Both the position numbers and the translations under genes were made by a program. From positions 41,248,001 to 41,312,000 of the forward strand of contig CP068257.2 of the NCBI GenBank assembly GCA_009914755.4: 64,000 nucleotides of DNA, given 5' to 3'. Source of the DNA: the human T2T-CHM13v2.0 reference genome, Homo sapiens. Position 1 is the first letter of the stretch. Each line of letters starts with the position of its first letter. The notes below the pieces were generated by a model, which made no database searches, was not told the DNA's origin, and saw only the letters and a program-made list of their open reading frames with translations. Shown piece after piece: positions 20,515 to 38,964 of this stretch.

Positions 20515-21303
20515 ATGTCCAAGATGTGGTCATGGGTGAGGGTGTCTCGGGTGGCGTCAAGTCTGAGGTCGCTAGAAGTAAGCCTACTGAATCTTTGCAC
20601 TTAGACAAGCCACAGATGCCTTAAAATCTCCGAACTGTAGTGATATTTTCAACCCAAACTATGGTTAGTTTCCAGTGTTCATCCCAAGATCCCCAAAAGC
20701 CTCTTACAATCCCAGCATCAGGCACAAAATCTAGGATCTCACGGTCTGTTTTAGATTGGCTTGTCCGGTGCAGCTCCTCTTGATCCAGAGACTTACAAAC
20801 TAAAAAGATTAATTTTCTCTCCCGTGCACGCAATATATGATGGTGAGCCGGGACCAGATAACCACAATAAATACTTGCATGTGAAAATGAGAAGAGGAGG
20901 AGACACAGTAATCACTGGTCCAAAGCAATTCTGAAATCCTACTGGAAGATGTTTTCAGGCCCTACAAGAATAAGAAGTCTTAACCAGGCCCGAGTTCTGC
21001 TTCCTGGGAGTATCTCCCCAGGCTGTATCTCAGCACAGCTTTTGCCTCTGCCCTCTTGGGTGTCCCTCCTTTTCCAGCACCTTCTTGGCCATGTTGAAGA
21101 ATGTGCCCTTTGAGAAACTTTCTCAACCTCCTTCCTGTCATTAGCAAATTGTGAGCCCACAGACCTTTTTTCACTCTAAACTGTTCTGTCCACATTTTGG
21201 CAGCTGGTGGTGCTTTGTTCACTACAAGTCCCTTAAAAACTTTATGGGCTTCTCAAGAATCTGATTCAGGTGCTCTCCATGCCCAAGAAGCCACTCCCAC
21301 TAG

Positions 21304-21587
21304 TCTTTTTTTTTTTTTTTAGACGGAGTCTCGCTCTGTCGCCCAGGCTGAAGTGCAACCTCCACCTCCCGGGTTCACGCCATTCTCCTGCCTCAGCCTC
21401 CTGAGTAGCTGGGACTACAGGCGCCCGCCACCACGCCTGGCTAATTTTTTGTATTTTTCAGTGGAGACGGGGTTTCACCATGTTAGCCAGGATGTTCTGG
21501 ATCTCCTGACCTTGTGATCCGCCTGCCTCGGCCTCCCAAAGTGCTGGGATTACAGGCGTGAGCCACCGCGCCCAGCCACTTGTTAAC
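21304..21587 (-). mobile_element. Alu (reverse)
   Basis: poly(T) AGACGGAGTCTCGCTCTGTCGCCCAGGCTGAAGTGCAACCTCCACCTCCCGGG...GGATTACAGGCGTGAGCCACCGCGCCCAGCC. Confidence 0.9.
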
Positions 21588-22144
21588 ATTTAAATCATTG
21601 AGATCACCTTGACTTCAGCATTATTCTTAAGGCCATATTTTATTAGCGCCACTCTGAATTTGATCTTTGGCCCAGGTTATGACTTACTTTGAGAACTTGT
21701 TACCAACTATTGGGTCTAATAATACTTTCCCCAGCTTCAACCCAAAGTGTGCTCTAAATTCTGCTGGCCAGTTTGTTTGTTTGTTTGTTTTTAACCACAC
21801 TCTTTTCTATAAGTGTCTCAACATATTCAAGCAAAAGAAACACAGGTTAATCTCAACATTATACTGATATGATCTTTTTCAAGTCCCAGAGTTCAGTAGT
21901 TGCCTTTTTCTCTGCCCATCTTACTGAAGGGCAACAATTTTACAAATCCTTCACCATGACATAGTTGTTCACCATTTGTCCACCTCCCGTAGTTTTCCTC
22001 ACCATTGTTCCAGTGTTCACTACCAGTTTCCCCACTGCTTTTCCAGACTTCTAGTCCAAAGCTAATGCCACATGTTACAGTAGCACCTACTGCTAGGTAC
22101 AAATGTCTGTAGCATGCATATCTTCCTTGTAGTCCTAGATATAG

Positions 22145-22565
<421 letters not shown>

Positions 22566-22651
22566 AACTATGGCCATTTTTATAAATCATTGATTACATT
22601 AGCCTAGAGTGAGTGTGGGCTTTCTTTTTCAATTAAGAAACTTATGGATTG

Positions 22652-22950
22652 GCCGGGTGCAGTGGCTCACACCTGTAATCCCAACACTTTAGGAGGCCAA
22701 GGCGAGCAGATCACCTGAGGTCAGGAGTTTGAGACCAGCCTGGCCAACACGGTGAAACCCCATCTCTACTAAAAATACAAAAATTAGCTGGGCTTGGTGG
22801 CATGCACCTGTAATCCCAGCTACTCAGAAGGCTGAGGCAGGAGAATCACTAGAACCCAGGAGGTGGAGGTTACAGTGAGCCAAGATCACCCATTGCACTC
22901 CAGCCTGGGCAACAAGGGTGAAACTCCATCTCAGAAAAAAGAAAAAAAAA
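22652..22950 (+). mobile_element. Alu
   Basis: GGCCGGGTGCAGTGGCTCACACCTGTAATCCCAACACTTTAGGAGGCC...; tail cagaaaaaagaaaaaaaaaa. Confidence 0.9.
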
Positions 22951-23051
22951 ACTTATGGATTGTTGTGTTGTATTTCTAGTCCTGTCCTGAGCAAAAGGTA
23001 TTAGGAACCTGAGAATCCTTCCATTAGCACAATAGAAAAATGGGCAAAAAG

Positions 23052-23660
<609 letters not shown>

Positions 23661-23799
23661 AAGAAAAATGGGCAAGAAGTTACCCTTTTTTTTTTTTTTT
23701 TACAAACTGGCAAGACGACATAAGCATTGTCTTATGGTCCTTGAGTTAAAAAAAAAATTGTGTAAAAACAAAAATGGACAAAGACCCATTAATTTCATG

Positions 23800-24220
23800 G
23801 TGGTTGTAGTGGGTTGAAAGGTGGCCCCCTAAAATGTATGTCCACCCCTGGAAACTGGGGATGTGACCTTTTTTGGGGAAAGGGTCTTTTCTAATGTGAT
23901 TAAGTTAAGGATTGCAAAATGAGAGCATCCTGGATTTGGGTGGACCCTAAATCGAATGTTATGTGTACTGAGAAGAGAAGGGAGAAGACAGAGGAGAATG
24001 CCAGATGAAGACAGAAACAGAGATTGAAGTTATGTGGCCATAATTCAAGGATTGCTGGCAACACCAGAAGCCAAGAGAAAGATGAGGAAGAATTCTCCCC
24101 TAGACCTTTCAGAAGGAGCGTGGCCCAGCCAACACCCTGACTTCAGACTTCTGGCCTCCAGAACTGTGAGAATAAATTCTTACTGTTGTAATCCACCTGA
24201 TATGTGGTAATGTGTACATT
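23800..24220 (+). mobile_element. MaLR (MLT1-like) LTR fragment
   Basis: ...gatgaagacagaaacagagattgaagttatgtggccataattcaaggattgctggcaacaccagaagccaagagaaagatgaggaagaattctcccctagacctttcagaaggagcgtggcccagccaacaccctgacttcagacttctggcctccagaactgtgagaataaattcttactgttgtaatccacc; typical MaLR 3' terminus. Confidence 0.5.
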
Positions 24221-24329
24221 TCAGTGGGTTTTAGTATATATACAGAATTGTGCATCCATCACCACAATTTTAGAACATTTTCATCACCCACAAAATAAAT
24301 CTTAAACCCAGTAGCAGTCACTCCCCCTT

Positions 24330-25149
<820 letters not shown>

Positions 25150-25150
<1 letters not shown>

Positions 25151-25445
25151 TTGTTTGTTTTTTTCCGACAGAGTCTCACTGTGTCCCCCAGGCTGAAGTG
25201 CAATGGCGCAATCCAGCTCACTGCAACCTCCCTCTCTGAGCTTCAAGTGATTCTCCTGCCTCAGCCTCCCAAGTAGCTGGGATTATAGGCACATGCCACC
25301 ACACCCAGCTAATTTTTGTATTTTTGATAGAGACGGGGTTTCACCATGTTGGCCAGGCTGGTCTCGAATGCCTGACTTCAAGTGATCCGCCCGCCTTGGC
25401 TTCCCAAATTGCTGGGATTACAGGCGTGAACCAACGCATCTGGAC
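25150..25445 (-). mobile_element. Alu (reverse)
   Basis: ttttgtttgtttttttccgacagagtctcactgtgtcccccaggctgaagtgcaatggcgcaatccagctcactgcaacctccc...ggattacaggcgtgaaccaacgcatctgg. Confidence 0.85.
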
Positions 25446-25698
25446 ACATATTATGTTTCTAAATAGGTGTGGGTCTCTCATTGAACTGTTATATTCTACT
25501 GTCAAATTGTCTCTCCATGAATAAATACCACACAGACCTAATTACCCTAGCAGCGTATTAAGATGTAATATCTTCTAGGGCAAGTCTTCACCCTTTTTTC
25601 CTCACATTTTCCCCCTTCTCCTCCTCTCTTCTTCCTCCTCCAAGAAAGCCTTGGGTATTCATAGCCCTTTATTACTTCCATATAAATGTTATAATTAG

Positions 25699-26073
<375 letters not shown>

Positions 26074-26089
26074 TTATATATATTAAATC

Positions 26090-26683
<594 letters not shown>

Positions 26684-27374
26684 TGATTTATTAATGTCTT
26701 ACAATAATATATTATCATCTTATTCAGAAAGCGTATGCACAAAATTTTAAATTTTATTTTTAGCAAAAAATAGGCGATTTTGCTAGTGTACATGGGATCC
26801 TTTTAAAATTTTGTGTTTGTTGTTGGTGTCTAGAAATACAATTGACTTTTGTAAATTGTTCACACGTCCAGCAGTTTTGCTGAATTCTTGAATTCATTTC
26901 AATGATGTTTCTAGATGTTCCATGGGCTTTGCTAGCAAACACTGCCAGTTTGCCCAGCACTTTGCCAGCGTAAGGCCTGTGCCCCCAGATATATTCCCAG
27001 CCTTTTGGGGAGGAGCGGGGAGCCCCTGCAGGCTGTGCTTCTCAGCCTTTGGGTCATTGCCCGCCGAGCTTTACATTTGTTTACATTTCTTTTTAATGCT
27101 AATGGTATCATGTGTGGTCTGTAAGTGTCTATATGTGTAGTTTTAATAAGTCTTAACTTTTTATAAACCAGCAGCCTCCTGGCCGGGGATAGCCAATAGC
27201 CCCAGCCCACTGAAAGCCTGGTGAGCAGAAAGGGAAGAGAAACAAGGGTGTTCATTCACTGGTAGGATGTGTTTCCTGAACGGCTCCTGCTCCTGCTGGA
27301 CAAGCCCACAGAGGGCCCAGCTTCCAACAGGTGAGCCTTCATGCCCCACCACTACTTTTTATTTGATTTGATTT

Positions 27375-27812
<438 letters not shown>

Positions 27813-28091
27813 GCCTCTACTTGTTACTGCAATATGCAATTTGGAGCGACTTAACTGCTCACGAGGAAATGTCTCGTGTCACACGGCATTTTAAGTAGAT
27901 ACTTAGAGCACTTGAGCTCACCACAGTAGCAACAGGAGGTGGTTGTGAAAGATTCCAGTAGTGAGGTATGTGCTAACATTAGTTTTATGCAGTTGTGATT
28001 GAATACTGCATCTTTACATTTACGTTTCTCTCAACTGTGAATGCTGCCATGTGTGGTCTCTGTTTCTGTATAAAAGTTTTAATAAATTTAC

Positions 28092-28320
28092 CAGCCTGGC
28101 CAACATGGTGAAACCCTGTCTCTACTAAAAATACAAAACTTAGCCGGGCGTGGTGGCGTGTGCCTGTAATCCGAGTTACTCGGGAGGCTGAGGCAGAATT
28201 GCTTGAGCCCGGGTAGCAGAGGTTGCAGTGAGTGAGCCAAGATCGTGCTACTGCACTCCAGCCTGAGTGACAAAGCAAGACTCCGTGTCAAAAAAAAAAC
28301 AAAAACAAAAACAAAAAAAG
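28092..28320 (+). mobile_element. Alu, 5'-truncated
   Basis: ccagcctggccaacatggtgaaaccctgtctctactaaaaatacaaaacttagccgggcgtggtggcgtgtgcctgtaatccgagttactcgggaggctgaggcag...gactccgtgtcaaaaaaaaaacaaaaacaaaaacaaaaaaag. Confidence 0.85.
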
Positions 28321-28645
28321 TTTTTATAAATTTTAATATTTTATCATCAATTTGAGTATATTTTAGGTAGTAAATGATAAAATTAGTATCTACATATATT
28401 TTATGCATTCATGACATACCATTTTCTTAATTTTTCAGTATTTCTAGGCTATGTGGTTCATCCTAGTTTTGACAAATTATTTCATTCCTACAAAAAATTT
28501 TTCAATATATTTGTTGAAAAAAGCTACATATAAGTGGACCCACATAGCTCAAACCCACCTATGCCCTACAAGTGTCAACTGAGCGAACATAGATAGATAC
28601 ATAGAGAGCTAGATATAGATATAAGTATCTATATTATGAATATCA

Positions 28646-28950
28646 GCCAGGCACAGTGGCTCACCCCTGTAATCTCAGCACTTTGGGAGGCCAAGGCCGG
28701 TGTACTACTTGAGCTCAACAGTTCCAGACCAGCCTAGGCAACATGGTGAAACCCTGTCTCTACAAAAAATACAAAAATTAGCCAGGTGTGGTACTGTGCA
28801 CCTGTAGTCCCAGCTACTTGAGAGGCTGAAGTAGGAGAATCACCTGAGCCTGAGAAAGTCAAGGATGCAGTGAGCCGAGATAGAGCCACTGCACTCCAGC
28901 CTGGGTGACAGAGTGAGAACCTGTCTCCAATAAATAAATAAATCAATAAA
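28646..28950 (+). mobile_element. Alu
   Basis: CAGCCAGGCACAGTGGCTCACCCCTGTAATCTCAGCACTTTGGGAGGCCAAGGCCGG...; tail ccaataaataaataaatcaataaata. Confidence 0.85.
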
Positions 28951-29072
28951 TATCATACATATGTGTTTCCTATTGGTTTTTTTTTTTCTGGAAAACCCTA
29001 TCTATCACACTGGCCAAATTTTGAAGTATTTGAGCTCACAATAAATATACAGTATAAAGGTTTATAATTTTT

Positions 29073-29411
<339 letters not shown>

Positions 29412-29442
29412 TAGGGTTCAATCTATATATATATAGATTGAA

Positions 29443-29651
29443 ATTGTTCAAGCAATTCTCCTGCCTCAGCCTCCCGAGTAGCTGAGATTACAGGTATATG
29501 CCACCATGCCCAGCTAATTTTTGTATTTTTAGTAGAGACGGGGTTTCACCATGTTGGCCAGGCTGGTCTCAAACTCCTGACCTCAGAAGATCCGCCAACC
29601 TCGGCCTCCCAAAGTGCTGCGATTACAGACTTGAGCCACTGCGCCTGGCCA
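29443..29651 (-). mobile_element. Alu fragment (reverse; lacks the poly(T) proximal end), preceded by (AT)n
   Basis: gttcaagcaattctcctgcctcagcctcccgagtagctgagattacaggtatatgccaccatgcccagctaatttttgtatttttagtagagacggggtttcaccatgttggccaggctggtctcaaactcctgacctcagaagatccgccaacctcggcctcccaaagtgctgcgattacagacttgagccactgcgcctggcc. Confidence 0.85.
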
Positions 29652-30112
29652 ATTTTTGGTTTTTTAAAACTTGAGATGTCCTGAAACACAGGAAGTATAT
29701 GTGTTTTTTAACTTCAAACTTAAGTAAGAATAGGCCTTGAGACATTTTTCCCCACTCAAAACCCAGGCTGGCTCTACACATTTCCTTGCTAGCAGATTGC
29801 TTTGCCCAGGGTCACCCATCACTGACATGTAGCCCTGCAAGGGTGGCAACTTCCTCTGGCGATTTCCAGCCCACTCCCAAGTGTTCTAGCCCCAAGGTCT
29901 CATGTTCTCTGAAGTCTGTTACACCAGAGCTCTGGCTGCTGAGACCAGTGCATGCTTCCAGGGTGGCACTGCTGCCTGTGATTTCTTGCTACTTCTCTGT
30001 TTTTTTGGATCCCTAGAGATATCCTTTACTTGATTATATGGTCATTTGAAATTATGCCTGTAACCTTTTACCCAGAATTACTACATGATTTGGAGCCCAA
30101 GGGTTTTCCATA

Positions 30113-30225
30113 ACTTTTTTTCTTTTTAATTCGAGAAGGAGTTTCGTTCTGCTGCCCAGTCTGGAGTGCATTGGCACCATCTCAGCTCACTGCAACCTCG
30201 GCCTCCTGGGTTCACAGCTCCCGGC
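30113..30225 (-). mobile_element. Alu fragment (reverse)
   Basis: tttttttctttttaattcgagaaggagtttcgttctgctgcccagtctggagtgcattggcaccatctcagctcactgcaacctcggcctcctgggttcacagctcc. Confidence 0.75.
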
Positions 30226-30299
30226 CAGTTTTCCATAATATCTAGTGACCAAATATTGCCAGAAATAGAACTTATTACTTGTGTTTTAAAACACAATTT

Positions 30300-30460
30300 T
30301 AGGCCCACGTGCAATGGCTTGTGCCTGTAACCTAGTGCTTTAGGAGGCCGAGGTGGGAAGATTGCTTGAGCCCTGGAGTTTGAAACTGTAGTGAGCTATA
30401 ACCAAGCCACTGCACTCCAGCCTGGGTGACAGAGTAAGAACCTAAAAGAAAAAAAAATAT
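30300..30460 (+). mobile_element. Alu with large internal deletion
   Basis: taggcccacgtgcaatggcttgtgcctgtaacctagtgctttaggaggccgaggtgggaagattgcttgagccctggagtttgaaactgtagtgagctataaccaagccactgcactccagcctgggtgacagagtaagaacctaaaagaaaaaaaaa. Confidence 0.7.
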
Positions 30461-30621
30461 ATATTATATATACCAGAATACAGAGCTGAGGCATGCATGC
30501 GAATGGTGTGATATTTGAGTATTTTTATTTTCCTCTTTGGCCCAAACACCTTGGAGTTAAATGTTCAGAGTATGGATCCAAGTGATCCTGTTGTAATCCA
30601 GTTATCCTAAAAAGAAGTTCA

Positions 30622-30910
30622 GCCAGGCACGGTGGCTCACGACTGTAAATCCCAGCACTTTAGGAGGCCGAGGTGGGGGATCACAAGGTCAAGAGTTCGA
30701 GACCAGCTTGACCAACATGGTGAAACCCTGTCTCTACTAAAAATACAAAAAAATTAGCTGGGCATGGTGGCACACGCCTGTAATCCCAGCTACGCGGGAG
30801 GTTGAATCAGAAGAATCTCTTGAACCCAGGAGGCGGAGGTTTCAGTGAGCCAAGATCGCGCCACTGCACTCCAGCCTGGGCAGCAGGGCGAGACTCCGTC
30901 TCAAAAAAAA
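30622..30910 (+). mobile_element. Alu
   Basis: CAGCCAGGCACGGTGGCTCACGACTGTAAATCCCAGCACTTTAGGAGGCCGAGGTGGGGGATCACAAGGTC...gactccgtctcaaaaaaaag. Confidence 0.9.
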
Positions 30911-31412
30911 GAAGTTTAACTGACCCTTGGGAGACACAAGGGGGAGCCTCTAGTAGTTCAGGTAGAACTTTGTGTGATCTACAAAGAAAGGAATATAAAC
31001 AAACATACACTTTTAAGGTTTTGTGTTAAAATGCTGGGTACTACTTGCTAGAGCTACAGGCAGAGTTGATGGTGCCCACAGAAAGACTCTGGGCAGAGAG
31101 TTAACTGGAGGAACAGCCTCTGCTGTCGGAAAAATCTAGTCTACTATTTTCTAGCTGATTGGAAAATACAATAATGTATTTGTCTGGCCTCTGCTTTTTT
31201 TATTTTAATGCAGCACCTTATATTTGCTTCTTGCACTTGGCCCTGTCCTTTCTCTTTGGCCAAACACAGTTTAGGCCACAGTTACCTCCCAACCAGGCTG
31301 CATAGGCTTCCCAGCCTTCCTACTCCCTCTAGTCTTAGGCACTGGCCTCACACATGGTTGCCCTAGTTACCTTTCGAGGCCCTAATCACTTCCTTCAAAA
31401 ACCATCAAGATG

Positions 31413-31715
31413 GCTAAGCATAGTGGCTCATGGCTGTAATCCCAGCACTTTGGGAGGCCGATGCAGGCAGATCACTTGAGGTCAAGAGTTACAAACCAGC
31501 CTGACCAACATGGTGAAACACTATCTCTACTAAAAATACAAAAATTAGATGGGCATGGTGGCGGCGCCTGTAATCCCAGCTACTGGGGAGGCTGAGGCAA
31601 GAGAATCACTTGAACCCAGGAGGCGGAGGTTGCAGTAAGCCGAGATTGCCCCTGCGCCACTGCACTCTAGCCTGGGCAACAGAGTGAGATTCTGTCTCAA
31701 AAAAAAAAAAAAAAT
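31413..31715 (+). mobile_element. Alu
   Basis: GGCTAAGCATAGTGGCTCATGGCTGTAATCCCAGCACTTTGGGAGGCCGATGCAGG...; poly(A) 31700-31715. Confidence 0.9.
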
Positions 31716-32045
31716 CAAGATGGTTCATGCCCCCTCAACCATAGGTACCCCACCTTTACCAACCTGGCCGGTGACCATGCCAGAGGAGGTCTTTTCTTTT
31801 TGTTTCTTCTTGAGTGTTGCAACTCCAGCAAGATGTCAACATCTGCCGCATGTGCCCGCTGGTGGTGGTGTGGAAGTGGGGAGCTCCAGGTCCATGAAGG
31901 AGGGTGACGTGGATCTTCCAATTCCAGATCAGGATCCCCAAATTTGTTACTAAGCTGTGAATTATTAAGCACACCTCACAAAGGCGAGCATGACCTTTTC
32001 CCTGGACACAACAGAATGAGCCTAGTGGTGAAGAAAAAAAAAATC

Positions 32046-32338
32046 TGGCCGGGTGTAGTGGCTCACGCCTGTAACCCCAGCACTTTGGGAGGCCGAGGCG
32101 GGCGATCATTTGAGGTCAGGAGTTCGAGACCAGTCTGGCCAACATGGTGAAACCCCGTCGCTACTAAAAATACAAAAATTAGCCGGGCGTGGTGGCTCAT
32201 GCCTGTTGTCCCAGCTACTCAGGAGGCTGAGGGAGGAGAATCGCTTGAACCTAGGAAGTGGAGCTTGCAGTGAGCCTAGATTGTGCCACTGTACTCCAGC
32301 CTGGGCAACAGAGCAAGACTCTGTCTCAAAAAAAAAAA
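32046..32338 (+). mobile_element. Alu
   Basis: GGCCGGGTGTAGTGGCTCACGCCTGTAACCCCAGCACTTTGGGAGGCCGAGGCGGGCG...; poly(A). Confidence 0.9.
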
Positions 32339-32341
32339 TTT

Positions 32342-32639
<298 letters not shown>

Positions 32640-33099
32640 TTAAACAAAAAAAAATCTTTTGGCATTTTTTTTTCTCCCTTTAGGGACAAAGGATCCCTTC
32701 TCATGATTATCCTAAGATCTAAGGTTATTCTTTTTGCCTCCCAGGGTGGATGGTGGCAGATGCCCTTGCATTTACTTGATAGCAGACTCCTCTTTGATAA
32801 AGGCCTTTGATAAAGGCCTCATTCCGCCAGTTTATCTTGCCACCTCAATGAATCACTAGCTGTGAGTCAGGAATCCCTACACAATCCATTTAAATGACTG
32901 TGGCAGGGCCTCTTCCCCTGTGGAAGCTGAAGGTGTGGGCACGTCCATCTCCGATGAAATGCGAATGGGGCTCTGGGCACGCGGCGGAAGGCAGAGAAGA
33001 GGCAGAGAAAGAAGCTAATAACTAATTACACCGACTCCACAATTACGACTAACGTTGGGGGCGAACTCTTTGCTAAATAAACATTTAGGTGAAACAAAG

Positions 33100-34150
33100 C
33101 TTCCATTTCCAATCGGCCTAACTCTGGTATTAGCGTTGGCAGGGGCCATGCAGGAGGGGCAGTGAGCAGTGGTGGCCGCGTTGCCGACAGAGGGTGAGGG
33201 AGCTGGGCGCGTGGTGTGGGCGCCGAGGTCCCGAGCTGAAGAGCTTTAAAACCTCTCAAAACACAGAACTATCAATCAAGTAGGACCAGACTGTGCCCCC
33301 AGGGAAGGTCGCAGATTTAAGGCTGCGAGGACAAGGGCAAAGAAGTGCGAAGCGTTCGGGTGGACATGCAAGCCGGCCCAGCGCAGACGCCTGAGAGGGG
33401 TGCCCAGCAGCCCCCGCAGGTCTCCGCCGCGCCCCCGCCACAGCACCCAGGCGCCCGCAGGGCACAGGGATCGGCACCAGCCGGTGACGTGTCCCTCACG
33501 CTGCTGCCTGTGATTGGTGGTCCCGATCCGGGGCGTGGCCCCAAGGGAGGCACTTGGCCCTACTGGGGATGCGCGCGCAGACCCACGGCCTCTGCTCCGC
33601 CCCCAGCTGGCCTGTAATTGGCGCAGTCGGCCCAAGGGGCGGCTGTTCAGGCGCGGGTGCGCGCGCAGCTGCTGTGGCCCTGCTTGGTGCGCCCGCTGTC
33701 ACCGCCATGGCTGCCCCGTGTTTGCTGCGGCAAGGACGAGCCGGGGCGCTGAAGGTAAAGGAGGAGCCAGCCTGGGCTGGCTGCGCGGCCCCGAGCCTAC
33801 GTAGGGGATGGGGTGAGGGGGCGCGGTGCTGGTCAGGTCCGGGCCTGTCCGCGACCTCTAGCCGTCCTAGTTGGGCCGCTGACCCCGCTCCCTGGGCCCA
33901 GGACTGACCGCCACGGGGCCAGGCCCGGATGTGGCCAGCGAGCGTCCCGCGGTTCCCCCGAGCCGGTCCGCCGCCGCCGCTGCCCGAGGCCCAGGCCGAG
34001 GCTGGCGTGCCCCGTGCCGACGGGCGCTCCCGAGGGCTGCATGCCTGGGCGGCAGACTCGGGTGGACGTTCCCAGGTGATGCTGCCGCGCGGCTGGGGTC
34101 AGCCGCTGTGCGGCTCCCGCACGGCTTCTCTGAAGGACAGTGACTTCTCC
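33100..34150 (+). promoter_or_regulatory. NDUFV3: CpG island / NDUFV3 promoter, 5'UTR and first intron start
   Basis: Extreme GC/CpG content; inverted CCAAT boxes (tgATTGGtgg at ~33513, taATTGGcgc at ~33617) and GCGCGCGC-type motifs (tgcgcgcgcag ~33568, gtgcgcgcgcagc ~33656) upstream of ATG 33707 in a strong Kozak context caccgccATGG. Confidence 0.7.
33707..33754 (+). CDS. NDUFV3: NDUFV3 coding exon 1 (MAAPCLLRQGRAGALK)
   Basis: ATG in Kozak context; 16 codons then donor AAG|GTAAAG (GT 33755-33756); phase 0, compatible with exon 2. Confidence 0.85.
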
Positions 34151-34155
34151 ATTTA

Positions 34156-34614
<459 letters not shown>

Positions 34615-34662
34615 TTACAAATTTTAAAATGGCTGTTATTACAAAAGCAGTAACTATTCCCT

Positions 34663-35040
34663 GCAGAATATATATGTGTGTGTGTATATATATATATAAA
34701 TATATATTATATATATTATATATAAATATATATATATAATATATATTATATATAAATATATAATATATATTATATATATTATATAATATATATAATATAT
34801 AATATATATTATATATAAATATATAATATATATTATATTATATATATTATATAATATGTAAATATATATTATATATTATATAATATATAATATATTATAT
34901 AATATATATTATATAATATATATAATATGTTTATATAAATATATAATATATATTATATATTTATATATTTATATAATATATAATATATATTTATATATTA
35001 TATATAATATATATCATAATATAATATATAATATATATAT
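34663..35040. repeat. Long AT-rich microsatellite ((TA)n / (TATAATA)n / (TATAAA)n mixture), NDUFV3 intron 1
   Basis: ~380 bp of almost pure A/T: tatatatataaatatatattatatatattatatataaatatatatataatatatattatatataaatatataatatatatt... with a single 'g' interruptions. Confidence 0.9.
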
Positions 35041-35042
35041 AT

Positions 35043-35165
35043 ATTTTTTTTGAGACAGAGCCTCACTCTGTTGCCCAGGCCCAGGCTGGAGTGCAATGGC
35101 ACCATCTCAACTCCCTGCAACTTCTGCCCCCTGGGATTAAGCGACTCTCGTGCCTCAGCCTGCAG
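35043..35165 (-). mobile_element. Alu fragment (reverse)
   Basis: ttttttttgagacagagcctcactctgttgcccaggcccaggctggagtgcaatggcaccatctcaactccctgcaacttctgccccctgggattaagcgactctcgtgcctcagcctgc. Confidence 0.8.
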
Positions 35166-35557
35166 AATAATTTAAAAGTACAGATAGGGAAATTCATTGA
35201 CAGTCTACCATTACTCCTTCAAGCATCTAGTTCCTAACGATTTCTATCAGCTTTTATATGTTCACATAAGCACATGTACTCATGCTTACAATCATGAACA
35301 TACACGTTTTCATGTTTATATGTGCACATACAGGCACCTCTGTTCTGTATCCAGCATCTAGAACATTGTACTGTCTAGCACTTAATAGGCCTTAGTGAGT
35401 ATATGCTGAGTGAGTTGGCATAATATAAAATATCACATTTATATTGTAGACACTTTTGAAGCAGTTTTTATATACCTACATCATTTTAGTGGCCAGATAG
35501 TATTTCTTCTACTCTATTTTCTAAGGATAAGAAAACATTTTACAGAAAGAAACATAG

Positions 35558-36182
<625 letters not shown>

Positions 36183-36354
36183 TTAATAAATAATTGGAGA
36201 CTACAAAAAAAATGCACTGGAGAACGTCTGGTTGAAGTTTTATTAAACCAAATATTAATAGTGATTGTCCTTGAACTCGGGTGTTTTCTTCTTGCAGCCT
36301 TTTTGTATTTTACAAAATGTCCATAATATACATACATTATGAAAACTGTAATAA

Positions 36355-37335
<981 letters not shown>

Positions 37336-37406
37336 TATTCATATATAGTACCAGCTATTATAATGGCATTACGCTAAACATCCATATTCATTAATTCTTT
37401 TGTCAG

Positions 37407-37527
37407 ACTATGCTCCAGGAAGCCCAGGTGTTTCGAGGACTTGCTTCTACGGTTTCTTTGTCTGCGGAATCAGGGAAGAGTGAAAAGGGTCAGCCACAGA
37501 ATTCCAAGAAGCAAAGTCCACCAAAAA
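37407..37527 (+). CDS. NDUFV3: NDUFV3 coding exon 2 (TMLQEAQVFRGLASTVSLSAESGKSEKGQPQNSKKQSPPK + A)
   Basis: Acceptor ttttgtcag|ACT (AG 37405-37406); donor AAAAA|GTAAGA (GT 37528-37529); 121 nt, leaves a 1-nt overhang that completes AAG (Lys) with exon 4 or AAT (Asn) with exon 3. Confidence 0.85.
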
Positions 37528-37881
37528 GTAAGATTTTGATGGTAGTCATAAGGGAAAGAGAATGCAAAAAGAAAATAGATTAGTCAGCCTTCGAAGCACG
37601 ACAGTGAGTTTTACTAGCTACGTAATTTATGCTTCTTCCTTTTCAGCAGTGTCCAGATTATACAAGACACAAGATCTATAACAGATTTTAGACCAAACAT
37701 TTCAGTCATGTCGTAGTCTTTGACTGAATATTTAGCCCTGAAATGGTTTTCCCTGTATTTTCTAAATGCCAAACCCCAACCTGAAGTGAGTGATGCCTTG
37801 GTAAAGGCTCTGTGGCATTTAGATGGCCCCGGCACAGTGAGCTTGCCAGAAAGCCACCTTACTTTCCATCCTCTGATGCTG

Positions 37882-37925
37882 AGTTGTTTGTTTTGTTTTG
37901 TTTTGTTTTGTTTTGTTTTGTTTCA
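37882..37925. repeat. (TTTTG)n microsatellite, ~8 units
   Basis: gttgtttgttttgttttgttttgttttgttttgttttgtttcag. Confidence 0.9.
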
Positions 37926-37967
37926 GTCTCTTTGAGACCCATCTGTGGTTTTCCAGGCTTTGCTTAA

Positions 37968-38455
<488 letters not shown>

Positions 38456-38779
38456 CTAAATCTTTAATCATTATATGGGGTTGTAGAATAGTAATTGAGT
38501 TTGGTCTTATTTTCATCAATATACTATTTCCTCAGTTTGAATGTTTGAAAGTATTTAGATTCTTTTGTTTTCTTCCTCCTTGGTCTGTGCACAGAACACT
38601 GGTAAGTTTTTAAATATTTGTATTTATACAAAGAGAGTGCCAGCCCCTGACTGCCTCTCACAGTGTGTGGACTTGAGGCTTGGATTCCACGGGAATGTTA
38701 TTTAGTTTTGTGCTATGACTCCTGCCTCGTTTTTCAATCATTGTTTTTTTCTCTTCTTCCTTTTATGTTATTTGTTTTA

Positions 38780-38928
<149 letters not shown>

Positions 38929-38964
38929 ATCCCTGGCATGTTTTGTTGATGTTGTTGTTTATTT

